DNA of 64,000 nucleotides from Basidiobolus meristosporus CBS 931.73 (Eukaryota; Fungi; Basidiobolomycota). The stretch's first letter is position 1. Each line of letters opens with the position of its first letter. The stretch spans positions 62,001-126,000 of the forward strand of contig MCFE01000174.1 in the NCBI GenBank assembly GCA_002104905.1, written 5' to 3'. The notes under the pieces are model-generated. The model had not been told where the DNA came from. It made no database searches and saw only the letters and a list, made by a program, of their open reading frames with translations. The position numbers and the translations under genes were made by a program. Of the stretch, positions 47,804-61,364 are shown piece by piece.

Positions 47804-48815
47804 TTAGTAGCACGGCGGTGTCTCCATGGATTGCTCGTAGCATGGCAAGGAGCGTACGGCCTCCAACGCTTCCGCGTCAACAAACTGGAGCGATGTTCGG
47901 ATTACGATCCGCTTTCGAATGGTGTCACCTTTGACGAGCAGGATGCTTATGTTCAGTTCGTGATGGACGGACACATAATCGTTATCCCTATCGGAGAGCA
48001 CCTTCTCGGTGTCTTTGTTGGCGGGCAGTACGATCGGCTGGATCCACATCTTGCCGCATGATTTGGTGTTCCACTTGCTGGAGGTTTCCCGGATCTTGGT
48101 TCTCTTCGTTTTGGGCTTCCCATTCTGGGTGGGGGATCTGGCTACTTCGTAGATGGTCGCTTTGATCTCGCTCGCTTTCAGGTCGGTCTTGAAGGAATCA
48201 ACGCCGATTTGAATGGGAATCTCGTTGTCTGGACTGTATACCACAGAGGGGGAAAAGATACAGAAGGCCAATTCTGATTCGAGCTCACCAAATCTTAGAA
48301 GGGATTGGGACTCTTCAATCTCTGTGGTCGGCAGGGTTAGCCGTAGAACCTTGACCTCCCTGGTGTCTTTGAGGTTCTTGGCGAGTCCGTTCCGCTTGGC
48401 CACTGCGGAGATTTTGTATCTGACGCTTGCTAGGGAGGAGCCCGTTGTTTCGGGAAGGTCCCCAGGGAATGGAATTTCAAAGTGGTAGATGTAATGACCG
48501 GGGGAGAAATCTTTGGCCACTTCAATGGTTCGTAAAAACTCCACCTCCTTGTGGTAGAAAATATCGTGGTTCGGCTTGAGATCTAAGGTAAGGATTAGTG
48601 CGCTGGAAGCAGAGGATCAAGTGGCCATCAAGTTGCTTACGTTGGTTGGATGCTACGCCCTTGAACACAACTGTGATTGAGGAGATCTTGGTTCGGCACT
48701 GGATATCGAGATGGACGGAGCCTCTCAGCATCTGTCCAGGCGCGGAATCGTTGGCACCGTGGAGTACGATGCTGTCGCTTTGGAGTTGAAGACTGATTGA
48801 GTTGTTGTACCACAT
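47804..48815 (-). CDS. Alpha-arrestin (ART-type ubiquitin-ligase adaptor), 2 exons
   Basis: LRGSVHL..KISSITVVFKG, YHFEIPFPGDLPET, VRYKISA; C-terminal LPCY/PPCY PY motifs; intron 48583-48640 (GTAAGC...TAG). Confidence 0.85.
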
Positions 48816-49360
48816 ACTTGACTTTGGAAATGCTGCTTGTGCAGGTCGATGGCCCACTCTTTTATAACCGATGGCTCTGTCAAACACAATGTGGAGAATA
48901 GAGGAACTGGTCTCAATTTATAGGTTTAATTTGGCTTGGAACATCCCGAAATTGAAACCCTATGCTTACAATTCAATTTCCACCCTCCAGCACTTGGCAA
49001 ATCGATGCCGGCCGAACTTATTGGCAGACGACCACCCAATCCATCATAGCTTACCCGCTACCTGTGATTCGCATAAACTATCCATCACTCCACTCACACC
49101 CGCTCCAAGCCCAACTAACATCGCATTAGGCTCAATAAGGCCCATCAACCAATCGCCGGGCTAGCTGTGCGATGAGACCTACTGCAGAAACATATGAAAT
49201 AACAGGCTGGTCAATGACACAGAGAGTTGCAAATGATACCCGTCTGGATCGTCTGCATGGTTATCATAATGGATTAGCACATATCTGGGTGTTGATCGAT
49301 GAATGCCTAGAGGTTCTATATTTATTATATCATAATGGTACATCTAATGACGGCCTGCAA

Positions 49361-50832
49361 TCACTCTAGGTCACTTGCTTCACTCTGTTCCTCATCGGAC
49401 ATCTCGCTCTCCTCCACAGCATCAGAGTCGTCCTCCGATGTCTCTGACTCTTGGTCGTCGTCAAGAAAGGAGAAGTCCATCTTTTCGGTTGTCTAGATGA
49501 GAGGTGAGAAAGGTCAGCAGACTGGTGTATTGGTGATCGCCAGCTCCACCAACCTGGCTCGCAGAGCTGCTCGGCGTCTGCGTGTTTCTGCGGCTGGCCC
49601 GTGTTCGTCGTCCGAATTTTTCCTCCTCCTCGATAATGTTCTCTTTACTTAAACCTAAAAATAGATGAACCCTGTGGCTATTGGTTCGTCGGAGTAAAAT
49701 GATGAACTTACTCTCTCGCTCAGCCCGTAACTCACGTGCCGCCTGGATTTTCTTGCATTTCTCGATGGTCGGACGTCCTGGAGGAATGTTAGACCGGTAC
49801 GTGTCCATGGCCAGCTGGGCCAAGAGTACGCCGATGCCTTACTTACCGGACATGCCCAGCTCCGCAAGAATCTCCTTCAGCTTCTTGATTTGTTGTTTAG
49901 GCTGGTCCTCAATACCCTTAAATTCTCTGAACCTACACCATGGCATCCCTTAGCAGTCTACTTCCCAATGATAGTGTGAAGAAACAACCGCAAATACCAC
50001 ATCTTTCTGACGCCGCATTTCCCAATGTACATTTTTAGATTCTTGATCGTTTCTTGATCTTTTTCCTACACGAAGTCAGAAAATTCGTGAGCCCCCGTTA
50101 CATAGACGCTGCGTGTAGTTGCGCTGGATTCCTACCGATATGGAGGTGGTACTATTTTGTGTTGTTGCGGGCTTCTTATTGGTCTTGGATGGCTTCTTGG
50201 ATGGCTTCGTGGGGGAGAAATCCTCCACTTCGCTGGTTCCAGACTCCTGTGTGTCCTCGTGCACCTCTGGGCTGTTTTGAGACTCGGTTAGTTTATCAGG
50301 AGAGGAGCTGTGAGGATCTTCCTTTTGCTCCGCCGCCGTCTCTTCAGGTTCCAGGGTAGCCACAGGGTCGTTCTCCTCGTCGCTGTCTTCGATTATAGCC
50401 CCGCGTTTCTTGACTCGCTTGGGGACCACCTCAGGTTCAGAGGGTTGTGCTTTACGTTTCGGTAGGTTGGTGTCCGGCACGGAGGAATCTGCGGTCTGGA
50501 GAACCTCTGACTACATTCATGATGTCAGAAAACAATAGAAGTGTCGAACAAAGTGAAGCAACCAAACACCAACTGTGATGCGTTCCGAGATCTCCCGGAT
50601 GTATTTTCGCCATTCCGAAGTTTCCAGGGCATCCTCTTCTAGCTCAAGATTGACTTGCAACTTGTTACGAATTATACGAGGAGTAAGTACGCTGAGGTTT
50701 CGAGCAGGGTCGGCTCGTTAGTGAAACACGCTATGACCAACCAAAAGAATCATCCCGTACAAACCTTAGATCTCCGCCTCGGATAATTTTCTCACACTCT
50801 ATGTTCAACTTTTCTTTTAAGTCTGAATTCAT
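49361..50832 (-). CDS. HIRIP3-like histone chaperone (DEK-C-like N-terminus, CHZ-like C-terminal domain), multi-exon
   Basis: Spliced: DLSVLTPRIIRNKL; acidic/basic linker; IKNLKMYIGKCGVRKMW...LKEILAELGMSGRPTIEKCKKIQAARE; acidic tail. Confidence 0.75.
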
Positions 50833-51445
50833 ATTCCCGAGATGCACGAGCTGGCTCAAGTCAAAACGTGTAGGTAGACTTGGATAACTAACGCTTTATT
50901 TTCCTGTCAATGGAATCAGGCTTGGGATCCAATCAGATCTCAGCTATTTGTGATAAATAATCAACAACCCACCCATTTCAGAGCTGAATTCCAGTACGTA
51001 CTGTGGACGGTCGGCACCCAAATGCCCAATGTTATTGGATTTGGATTGCTCTTAATTGCTGGAATGTCCCGAGTTGTCCCGTAAACAACCATCTTATCGT
51101 GACTGTCCATGGCAATTAATCCACAGCAACTATAATTATTGGCATCATATATATAGGATCATTGGATGCGAAAATCGGGCCATCTCAGTCACTGTTGTGT
51201 GAATTGGACGGACCAATAACAGGCCGCCTATGGTGTTTATGCTTCAACTAGAGGGAGAAAACAAACAATTGGGACTGACAGGTCGAAATCACTATTTATG
51301 TGGAGGGGGGTTCGTTGGAGGATTACATCGTTCCTCGGAGTGTCATCTTTTGAAAGCGCCACCATTTCCTTTTGGCATATCTGACTTGGCCGTAGACCAC
51401 CCCGCTATCTTGGCAACCCTTTCATTGGTTTCTTCCTGCTACAGA

Positions 51446-54141
51446 ATGTCCACGTCCCCTGCTGCAGTTGCACAGCTCAAGTCCTTGGTTTGGTATCACT
51501 TGGACCAAGACCTGATAGAGAATGCCACCTTTTTTGCCGAGCGTCTGTACGCGTACACAGCTCTAGACGAGGAATCACAATATCTTCTGGCCAAGTGTTT
51601 AGTTCGATGCAAGAGATACAGCAGGGCGTATCATATTTTGCGCAACCCAACCACCTATTTCGCTCGATTTCTGCTCGCCAAATGCTGTATACATCTAGGC
51701 CAGTTGGAGGAGGCTGAGAAGCTGCTACTCTCTCTTTTGGAGGACAAGAGCATTCATTACGAGAAGATAAATATAGGTAGGGTTGACTATGCTTGTGACA
51801 CCTGTGTCGGTTGACGTTGCTTGACTGACCGGTTGGTTGCTTTTTCAGGCTGGGTTGGCCCCCACGAGCGGTTCCATCGCCCAGATAGAAGTGCAGTGCA
51901 TTTTCATCTTGGTTCGGTGTACAGGTAGGCGGATCCAACGTTTCTGCGTCATGTGATGGTGCTAACGAGTCCGTACGGAAAACATTAGAAAAACAGAGCG
52001 TCTGGTAGAGGCGACGAAGCATTTCTCTACCTGCCTAGAGCTCAATCCATTCCAGTGGGCCGCTTTCGAGGCGCTTTCTTCTTCCAGCAAGGGTATGTTG
52101 AAAATTTGGTCACTGCAACTTACGGACAGCCTAATAACATGCAACCCAGGGAGTGGTATCGATATCAACTTCATTTTCGATCCGAACAAAGCCCATCAGA
52201 TTATTAAACGCTTTGCTAACACTGCACCCACCCACAACCATGACCTCAGCCTGGCCAAGTCAGTTCCTGCGATAGCCACAACCGTCCAACCTAGAGCCTC
52301 GCTCCTGACTGGCCAGGAAAATGAAGAGAAGGTATGATCTCTCCCGGCTCGTATACTGCATTGGATCCAAGTAACGTTTTGTGTCCAGACAGTTAGACTT
52401 GCCTATTGCTGCTCTCCGATGTTAGAAAAGAACCATGTAGCCAGACTAGAAATCGAGAGAATAGATTCACCATTCCTTTCGTATCCACTATCATCACCCA
52501 CTAGATTGAGACAGGCCCTTAAGCTAATCAAGCACAAGAACAGCATCAGCATCACGAGAACATACACAGTAAGCTCTTTGGTATGCGTTGTCAATCTCCA
52601 GTACTCATCTAGATGCTCCTATAGGAAAACAGCCCAACCACCGCCACACAACGAGCAAAGCGAGCTCGATTTGAGAGCACGAAGTGGTCGAATAAGGCTG
52701 AAGTAGAGAAAAGAATCAAAATCGAGATGGTATGCAATCCGAGCCACTCCTTCGTCCTATACGCTTTATTAATGACCGCCCTTAGATCACTCCATCGCGG
52801 GATGATGGAATCACAAGAACCGAGTCCAGCAAGTCATGCCTGGAGGAGCTTGCTCAAAGAAAAGGCACCGCCACCATCATCGAGCTATTACGCAAAATCG
52901 GGCAATCGGTCGTGTATCTACAGGCCTACAACTGCCCCAAAGCCCTGGAAACTTTTGCATTACTCCCCACCTCGCAGTTTAACACGGGGTGGGTACTCGC
53001 CCGCGTCGGAAGAGCCTATTTCGAACTGGCCAAGTACAAAGAGGTGAGCAAGCGTCCTTTAACCCCTCAGTATCCTCACCCCGACTAAGCTTGTTTCCTG
53101 TTAGGCCAAAGAAAAATTCGAGCAAATGAGACAACTTGAGCCTCATCGCTTGGATGGTCTTGAGATCTACTCGACCACTTTGTGGCATTTGAAAGAGGCG
53201 GTGGCCCTTAGCCACGTTAGTCGCGAGTTGACGGCGATGGACAAGGATTCTCCACAGGCCTGGCTGGCTTCCGGCAATTGCTATAGTCTAGAACAAGATC
53301 ATAAATCGGCAATTCGAAGCTTCAAGCGGGCTATTCAACTGGATCCCAACATGGCCTATGGCCATACATTGTGCGGGCACGAGTACATTGCAGTAGAGGA
53401 TTACGATAATGCCATGGTTCACTTCAGGAGCGCCCTTCGCTTAGATCCGAACCATTACAACGCCTGGTAAGTGATGCCCCGGAATAACCACCCTCGGTCC
53501 CGGATTCACTCATCATTGCGGTTAGGTATGGCATGGGCATCATCGCCTTGAAAACAGACAACCTTCCCACGGCCAAATACTACTTCTCCAAAGCGGTGGG
53601 CATCAACCCGACGAATCACGTTCTGCTCTGTTGCGTTGGCACGGTAGGTTCACCCACGTCACGATTCAAGTGGATGGCACTCGGATTAACCTATAACCAA
53701 ACCCCTAGGTCTTGGAGAAATCTGGGAAAATGGCCGAGGCACTCCGATGGTATCAGGCTGCGCAGAAGCATAGCCCGGAAAGTCCAATCCCGAAACTGAA
53801 GACAGCGAAGGTGTTGATGACACTTGAAAGATACGAGGTAACTGAATTCCTGCTTGACATGACCACTGGGCTGGATCAGAGTCTGACCAAATTCGTAGGA
53901 AGCGCTTCCTCTGTTCCAGCATCTGAAGGAGATATATCCTCAGGAGGCGGGAATCCGTTTTCTTATGGGCCAGGCCCTCAAGAAGCTAGGTAACACCACT
54001 GACGCATTGATGGAGCTTACCAAGGCGCTCGACATGGATTGTAAGAATACCAATATCATAAGGAGCGCTATTGAAATGCTCCCGTCTAGGGAGATTGGTG
54101 TAGGCGATAGGTGCGAGGATGGAATGGTCAAGGTGTATTAG
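51446..54141 (+). CDS. CDC27: Anaphase-promoting complex subunit 3 (TPR protein), multi-exon
   Basis: ENATFFAERLYA N-terminus; LEPHRLDGLEIYSTTLWHL...SPQAWLASGNCYSLEQDHKSAIRSFKRAIQLDPNMAYGHTLCGHEY...HYNAW. Confidence 0.96.
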
Positions 54142-54989
54142 CTTGTAGATTGGTGCGAGGATTTTGGTTCAAGTGTAGTGTTTTTTGGCTTCTCATCTCA
54201 TTTCGGTTGGGATATGTATATAATCTTGTCATTTACTCCATTTTGGTTGCACTGGCCCTGCTTTCGTCCCCTGCGCATGTCCACTTTCCCATTCTGTGTA
54301 TATTGTCTTCTGGATTCCATTCACTTGTGCCGTATGTGCCATGAATCTAAACCAGACTGTAGATTGCTATAATAAACAGCGATGACATGAGAGCGCGGAC
54401 TTCCAGTGTTGACCTGGCCTTCATCACGTGACAAACAAGGTACCCCTCACGCCCGGATTTCCTCTTATGGGCCCGCCTGATTTTCCAGCCTAGGGGAATT
54501 GGGACTTTTCCAACCTCGATCGGCGTACCGTACCGCATAATTGGATATAAATCTAGCCTTGACGAATATGGGAAACCTTTTTCAGCTGAGCCAACAATAT
54601 TCCCCGGCAAGGTTCAATATAGCAAAGTGTCAGCTTATGACACCCCGAGGAGGTTTGTGATACGTGACGTCGATGGCGTATCCAAATTCATCTATTGATA
54701 GCAGGAACACGAGGGAACAGGAACAAATCGTCGATTGATTCAATGGGTAGCTTTAGATACCGGGGGGATTCAATGGCGAGCCAACGGTTGCATAGGCGCT
54801 AGTCTTCTTGAGAACTGTCTAAAAGTACAACGGAGAGTGTTCATTGATGCGCATTACCTCGGTATAGGCCCAAGGATTAACATCTACCAAGTATAATGGA
54901 TGGAATAAGTGGATTTCCACCACATAACTACATCGGCGCAGCCTTTAATTGTTCCCTAGCCAGAATAGGCATCTGGAATTCATCACCAA

Positions 54990-55783
54990 CTATGACATTC
55001 CGGTCGAGTAAATCATTTGCAGTGAATCGATCAACAGAGCTTCGTGCATTAATATAACTAACCGTAAACTCGCTGTGATCAGCCACCGTTTCAACGGGTT
55101 ATCAAGAAGGTTCTGGTCGTCATCTGCTGTGAAGGTGCAGCTATAGTGGGCTGCTACGACGTTGCATTGTCGCCCGGGTACCTGTGGTTGGGCCCAAATC
55201 CTAAACGAGCTTAACCTGATGGTTTCGCGCCGCACAGCCTCTTGCGATAAGCTTAAGCTACATCTCCATGGCGGAGATCATGGTTTTGCCTGGCCAATCA
55301 GGCACATTTTCCTTGACAGCAACCTCGACCACATACTCTGAAGGACTGTGAACTGTCTTTTCGGGATGATTGATACATATTCCAATGAGGATATATGAGA
55401 TGCAAGTGCTGCCATGTGAACTGCCTTGAGTCACCGAGCCCAGCATAGAGCACCATGGGTGCACGCTGCCCGGTCCCCGAGGATTGCGATACTCTATGGT
55501 GGGACCCCATAGGTTGCAAGTGTCTATGCCAAAATGAATCCTGCAACTACATAAACAACAGTACACCTATTGACCTGAATGGCAACAGCCAAACAGATAC
55601 AAAGGACAACATTCCCGCGAATCCAAAGGATAGTGCCAATACCTCTTCCGGTATTTCTGCCTCTTTGCGGGTCTCATTAATCCCTCTACTTGGCCTACTA
55701 AACGGCCATTGGTAAGCCACCATTGTAGAATTTGGGACACGCTCGTATAGCCTCGATGCGTATTCCTTGACCACTACCTTCAT
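54990..55783. CDS. Unresolved hypothetical gene (strand ambiguous)
   Basis: Minus strand has ATG 55783 and T-rich GT..AG intron-like tracts; plus strand has a Cys-rich ORF 55455-55715 with a hydrophobic tail. Confidence 0.35.
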
Positions 55784-56045
55784 GATTAGTACCTTATGGT
55801 CATTCAGTCAATAAATATCGAGATTCGAAAACGAGTTCAATGGGTGATTTAGTACTTTCCCAATAGTGGATCATCATTCGGCGCTGATGACTTAATTAAT
55901 CAGTTTAAATTGATGAATAGTTGGGCAAAGTTATCATACACACGTGAGGGTGGACCAGCTATTGACTTGCCAAATAAATCAGACCAAGCAAGCTTCAACA
56001 CCTCGAAGCATTCCACTGCAACACACACCAAAACCACTGTTCACC

Positions 56046-57866
56046 ATGTCGGAGGAAGACCTAAAAGAATGGAGGGCCTCTCGTCAGACCTTTTCAGAGA
56101 ACATCCGGGAGAAAATTCGGAAGCGTAATTTAATCGGTTCGTCGCAAGCAGCCGACGAGGAGGAGACGGAGTCGCCGTGGAAACTGGAACGGACCAGTAC
56201 ACATCAGAGTGGCAACCTACCTGAATACAGCATACGACCGAAATCTACCTTGAAAAATCTGAAATACATCACAAGCTCTATTGAATCCGGAGATCTGGTA
56301 ACCCTTCGCTTACTTTGTCACCTAACCTATAGATCCATCTCTACACACACACTTTACAAGTAAGAAGTTGACCCGGGTTTCATAGGAAGACCGAATGGCC
56401 AACGTCTACAACGATTATGCACAGCATTTCATTGATACTAGCAAACGACCCCAAAACTTTGTTCGTGACGCGGGCCTGTCGCAGCGCTTCGATGAGTCAG
56501 TTGAGTGTATGGGAAGTTCAATTGCAACATGCCGCTCAAACAACCGTCGTTTAATCTAGATACCCCAAGCTCAAAGAACTGGCCAAGCTGAAAAACCAAC
56601 TGGTCGCAGAGCGGGCGACCCCGCCTATGTATCTACAGGCGGACTTGAGAACTTACGACCTACGTCTTTTGGACACGAAATTCGATGTGATCCTGATCGA
56701 CCCGCCGCTCGAAGAGTAAGTCCGGATTTTTCTGCCACCGCGCCACGCCCCGCGCACGCTGACCTTTTCAAAGATATTGCCGTCGGTCCCCTATGATTGC
56801 TGGCACGAACCGAGACTTCTGGACATACGAAGAACTAATATCCTTTCTGCGAAGTTCTGCTTGTCCCGTCAATGGGCCACATTTGTTCACCGTATGCCTT
56901 AACACACATCTAAGCGAGCCTCCGCATTGAAGAGATCGCCGCCAACCCATCGTTCATCTTCATATGGTCGGGGAGTGCCGAGGGGCTTGACCTCGGTAGA
57001 AGGCTGCTCTCCAAGTGGGGCTATCGTAGATGCGAAGATATCGTTTGGACCAAAACGAACCGAACCTGGGAGGTATGTGATTAAGCTACGCAGGCCTTCG
57101 ATCTGGATGGATGACTCAACTAGTCCCCAGGGAAGCCGCTTTGTCGAAGGGAAGTCCGTTTTTCAACACACGAAGGAGCATTGCTTAATGGGCATCAAGG
57201 GAACGGTGCGCAGAAGCACCGACGGGCATTTCATCCACTGCAATGTCGATACGGACATCATCATCTCCGAGGAGCCCTCTCATGGAAGTAAGTTGCGCTA
57301 AACAACGCTGCCTCATCTCTCCCGAGTTGATGTCCATTCAATGCTAGGTACGGCCAAACCCGAGGAGATCTATCACATTATAGAGCATTTCTGTTTGGGC
57401 AGACGTAGACTTGAGCTCTTTGGAGAGGTAATACATCAGCATAACGTGACATCGGATCGAATCTCACACCGGAATGCTTCCGTAGAACCACAACATCCGA
57501 CCTGGCTGGGTCACGGTGGGGCAACGCATCACTGGCTCCAACTACAACTCGACCAAGTTTAACTCCTACTTCGCCGGCACCAACGGGCACTTGCTTGGCG
57601 GCACTCCAGGTAATCTTCACGCTGGGCATGGCATAAGCTTGTATCTCACCGGAACCTTAACCATCCCTCGTCCAGAAATCGAGTCCCTTCGGCCACGCTC
57701 ACCGCCACCTCGAGATGGCTCCAACAAGTCAACCCCAAAGAAAAAGATGAATAACAACATGAATCCCCCCGGGAACCCGAAATACAACATCTCCCCATCA
57801 AACCACCCGGGCTTCAAGAACAGCCCTGGAGGGATGAATCGACCCTATGGTGGGTCCAGGTGGTAG
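56046..57866 (+). CDS. METTL14: m6A mRNA methyltransferase complex subunit, METTL14/KAR4 clade (MT-A70 family), multi-exon
   Basis: [111 protein letters not shown]. Confidence 0.95.
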
Positions 57867-58264
57867 GTAGCACGCCACCGCTGCTCTACATTATGTGCAC
57901 TTTCCCCTTTACCTTGTTTTTCATGGATGGTGCTGCATTGATGGTAGGTATCTCCCTCTGAAATGCCATGGAATCGATTCAAGAAGCCCATGTATATTAT
58001 CTCGAAGTGGGTTACTCTTCATTTTGATTTTAATAAACGCTAACGAAACCTCAGTCTGGCTGAGCAATGAGAGGGGGGTCGACATGGGAGGGAAGGTTTG
58101 GCGCACTGTGATGTTTCAATGAGCATAGGAAACATTGACTGGTGATCTTATTTACAGGCAGAGCGTGAGCTAAGCTGGGTGTGTTCGCATGTGTATAAAT
58201 ACAAGAAGATGCACAGACAGCCCATCAACTGTGCAGTAGATTATGCTTGGCGGACAGCGTAGGC

Positions 58265-60454
58265 CTACGCTGTGCTAGCACTTTCTACAAGATTGCTTGG
58301 GCCCTTCATATCCGCCTCTACCAGAGCGACTCTTTCATTAATAGGGGTTCTACAAAATGGACAACTAGCAATAAGAATAGCGCATAGGGAACAGAGTCCG
58401 TCGTGTTTACAAGGGTATAGGGTGACCGTTGAGTGACCATCAAAGCATATTGAACAAGGGTTGGCATGGTCGCTGTAGTCAGGCGTGGCGGCTTCTTGAG
58501 ACGAACGGAGTTCCGAATCCAGCTTGGGATATACACTGGTGAGATAAAGACACTCCGGCAGTCTCCCATAGTCGTTGAATGCTCGGAAAGGCTGGTCTGG
58601 TGGGTACCTTTGAGACGAGAGGACAGCGTGTTAATATTCTCGAGGTCCCCTGACGAAGCAATGAAGCATTACCTGAAAGGATCTTTGCCAAAATTGACAT
58701 TCACCTGTTGGAAGGAAGTGAGCGAAATGGCCGGATAGAAGCCACCCTCCTCCTCAAATCGCAGCAGCTGTCGGGCACTAAACTCGAAGGCGGAGCCCAG
58801 GTCCTCCCCGTTGAGGAAGAATCGGATCACGCCGTAATCCATATCCAGAAAGATGCCTAGTATGTCTCCCTCAGTCCACGAATTTGCACCACCGTACGGA
58901 ATAGGATATCCTTCTGACTGATATTCATAAATGGATTAGATGGCAAATTTCCTGGGAACTTTGTGGTTGTGATCGGGATGCTTACCCATGCCAGCTTCCT
59001 TCGCCCATCGAATGCAAACGAGTGGTCGTCGTCCCCTACTCCGACCCCTTCTTCAGGTCGAAAGGCCGTATACTTGGTTGCCCACCCGATTTGCATGATT
59101 CCGGCGGTCAGCAATTGCACCTCGTAGTACCAGGTTCCCTCTTTCGCACACATCGTTCCTCTAACCGATTCGAAGGTGGTGCTATCATTTCGAATCTAAA
59201 ATCGCCCGTCCGTTTAGCCAAGCTCCGTGCAATGAGCACATGCATAGCAAGCCAGCCATCTCTTACCTCTAACCCAGTGGGAAGCCACTTCAGTCGTGGC
59301 GTCGCATCCAGCCAGTTCAACGTAACATTTACCCCGTCTAGTGCCTCTCTAGTATCCCGAAGATCTTGATCTTGGTAACGAAGTAGGATTTCGCGGTCAG
59401 CTAAGAAATCGGTTACAAACTGACCATAACACCGCTCGACTCTTCTGCAATATATTCATACACATACCAAATGCATGGCGTAGCGACCAGGGGGCGCACA
59501 AGTCCAACTCACGGAAGCAATGATCTGTTAGGTTGTAACTGTCATGAGATGGCTTGGTCTGTCTCTTCGCCACATCGCAGACATGCTTGACAACATCTGA
59601 TCTTAGAATTTTGGCTTTATTGTCACCTACAAGCCGGTTAGAGGTGGCAAATTCTCGGAGTAGTGTGTGGAGCAAGAGGTTTACCTGTCATGGAAAATTT
59701 CTCTAACGCGATCAGGGAAGCAAGCTTGACTTTCTCGTTGTCATCCAGCAATCCTTGAATCAAACTGTCCAGGACTTCTTCTGTGAATATCATGGCGCTC
59801 ACTTTCCCTAGAAAACGGCTCAGCATCGCATCCTTTGAAAACATCTCCATGGAAACAACCATACCTGCAAGGCGCTCGGCCAACACGCTCCATACAATGT
59901 AGGCGTTGATTCTGTATCTTTCACGAAGATGTGGTCTAAATAGTGGGGCTGGGACGAGACTCGTTACTTTTGATGGAGGCTTGACTATATTATTCCGTTT
60001 ACTTACTGGTTCTAGTTTTTTGAAGTAGGTAGTAATTGATCCTATGAGCTGTCCTAACAGAGGGTAGAGCTGCAAGTTCTACGATAGATAGCAGGTCAGT
60101 ACGTAGGATGAGTAGTAAAAAACTATGAGCTTGCGGTAATCACCAATTATGTGACATAGGAAGGCTGAGGACAAAGGGTCCTCCTCTTCTAGTACCTCTA
60201 CCATGGTGAGAACAATCTCAATGAATTCGTTTTCTACAGAAGGCACCTGGTTACGGGAATTTTCAACAGAGGCTCCAAAACGATTGTGGCTTACCATCCT
60301 GAGACAGAGCAATGAGGATGTCGGTGGCTTCGGAGAGCGCCTCTTTTTCGCTCTCGGGATTCATGCTTTTGCATGCCTCCTTAATTAAACGGACGTAACG
60401 AGTCCGCATGAACGAACCAATTAGGGATCCACTCAATAACCGACGAAGTCCCAT
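58265..60454 (-). CDS. RSPRY1: RING finger and SPRY domain protein (RSPRY1-like E3 ligase), multi-exon
   Basis: VLAERLAG, LIALEKFS, SPRY GTWYYEVQLLTAGIMQIGWAT...GVGDDDHSFAFDG, C-terminal RING CSICFDG...PCKHDGLCSLCA...CPFCR; stop at 58265. Confidence 0.88.
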
Positions 60455-61364
60455 CCCGGCTATATGTATCCAAGCTGAGGGGACAAGCAGTTACAAAGCT
60501 TAGGAGTGCCAACGAGGGAACTAATAACTGGGGCTGCTTAAAGGTGGATATGGTTATCCCTGTAAGCCCAATGATACACTCAGGTCAAATAGAGGTAGTC
60601 TTCGAAAGGACCTAGAATCCGAGGATAAACTTGCGGGGCTGTGGAATCCTCAATCTTTTACTTCACAAAAAAAGGCAATAAGGGGGTCCTCGCTGGAGGG
60701 ATGAGCTGATTATATAGCAGGCCTCGGAATGTATTAGGCGATGTAGATCCCAGGAATCGTCAGTAAACCGAGTTTTAAGAGCAGACGAACTAATGGAACC
60801 AATAGAGATTAAGGCGAATGCGTCGGGAATCAAGTGAACAGAATACGTATTACGTTTGAGGTTTCAGTGATGTGACAAAATCGGGTTAGACAAGTGACGA
60901 AAGGGAATCCAGGTTGATTAGGCGGAAGCAAAATAGATGTTGCGAAAATACCCCATGAAATCTAGGCGGGTTCGCGTTACTTTTCCAAACAAATCTGCTC
61001 CCTCAAATTCGTTTTAGACACCGAGCTGCAAACTGTCTCAGACTGCAGAAGCAAGAAGAATCGGGCACCGGGCGAGCCCTTTGGGGGAACTATATATAAC
61101 GGAGCCATGTCTACATTGGCAACGCATTGGCCTGTAACAGTGGTGTCGGGCTGGCTAACCACTCCGTTCGCACTTGCAAATCACTGCGCGCGCTTCTGAA
61201 TGGAAGCCCTGGCTGTCGAATCATTTGGTCCGAGTGCCCATTTTGAAACGAAATCAATCGAGATCGGCATGCAAGCGGAATGAGGATATTAAATCCAGCG
61301 AGAATTAATTAAGGGCTGGCCAATTGCATCCGACCCACTGATTTCATATATCGATCTCCACTGC

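Noticed and set aside
48816-48887. Longer arrestin start given by the ORF track
   Set aside because: That start is GTG; the first ATG (48815) coincides with the start of the arrestin fold
51230-51445. 72-aa N-terminal extension of CDC27
   Set aside because: Homology begins at MSTSPAAVAQLK, and a pyrimidine tract plus CTACAG just before it suggests a 5' UTR intron or non-coding leader
61270-61345. Box C/D snoRNA-like motifs (ATGAGGA...CTGA)
   Set aside because: Imperfect C box, no terminal stem and no guide complementarity identifiable by eye
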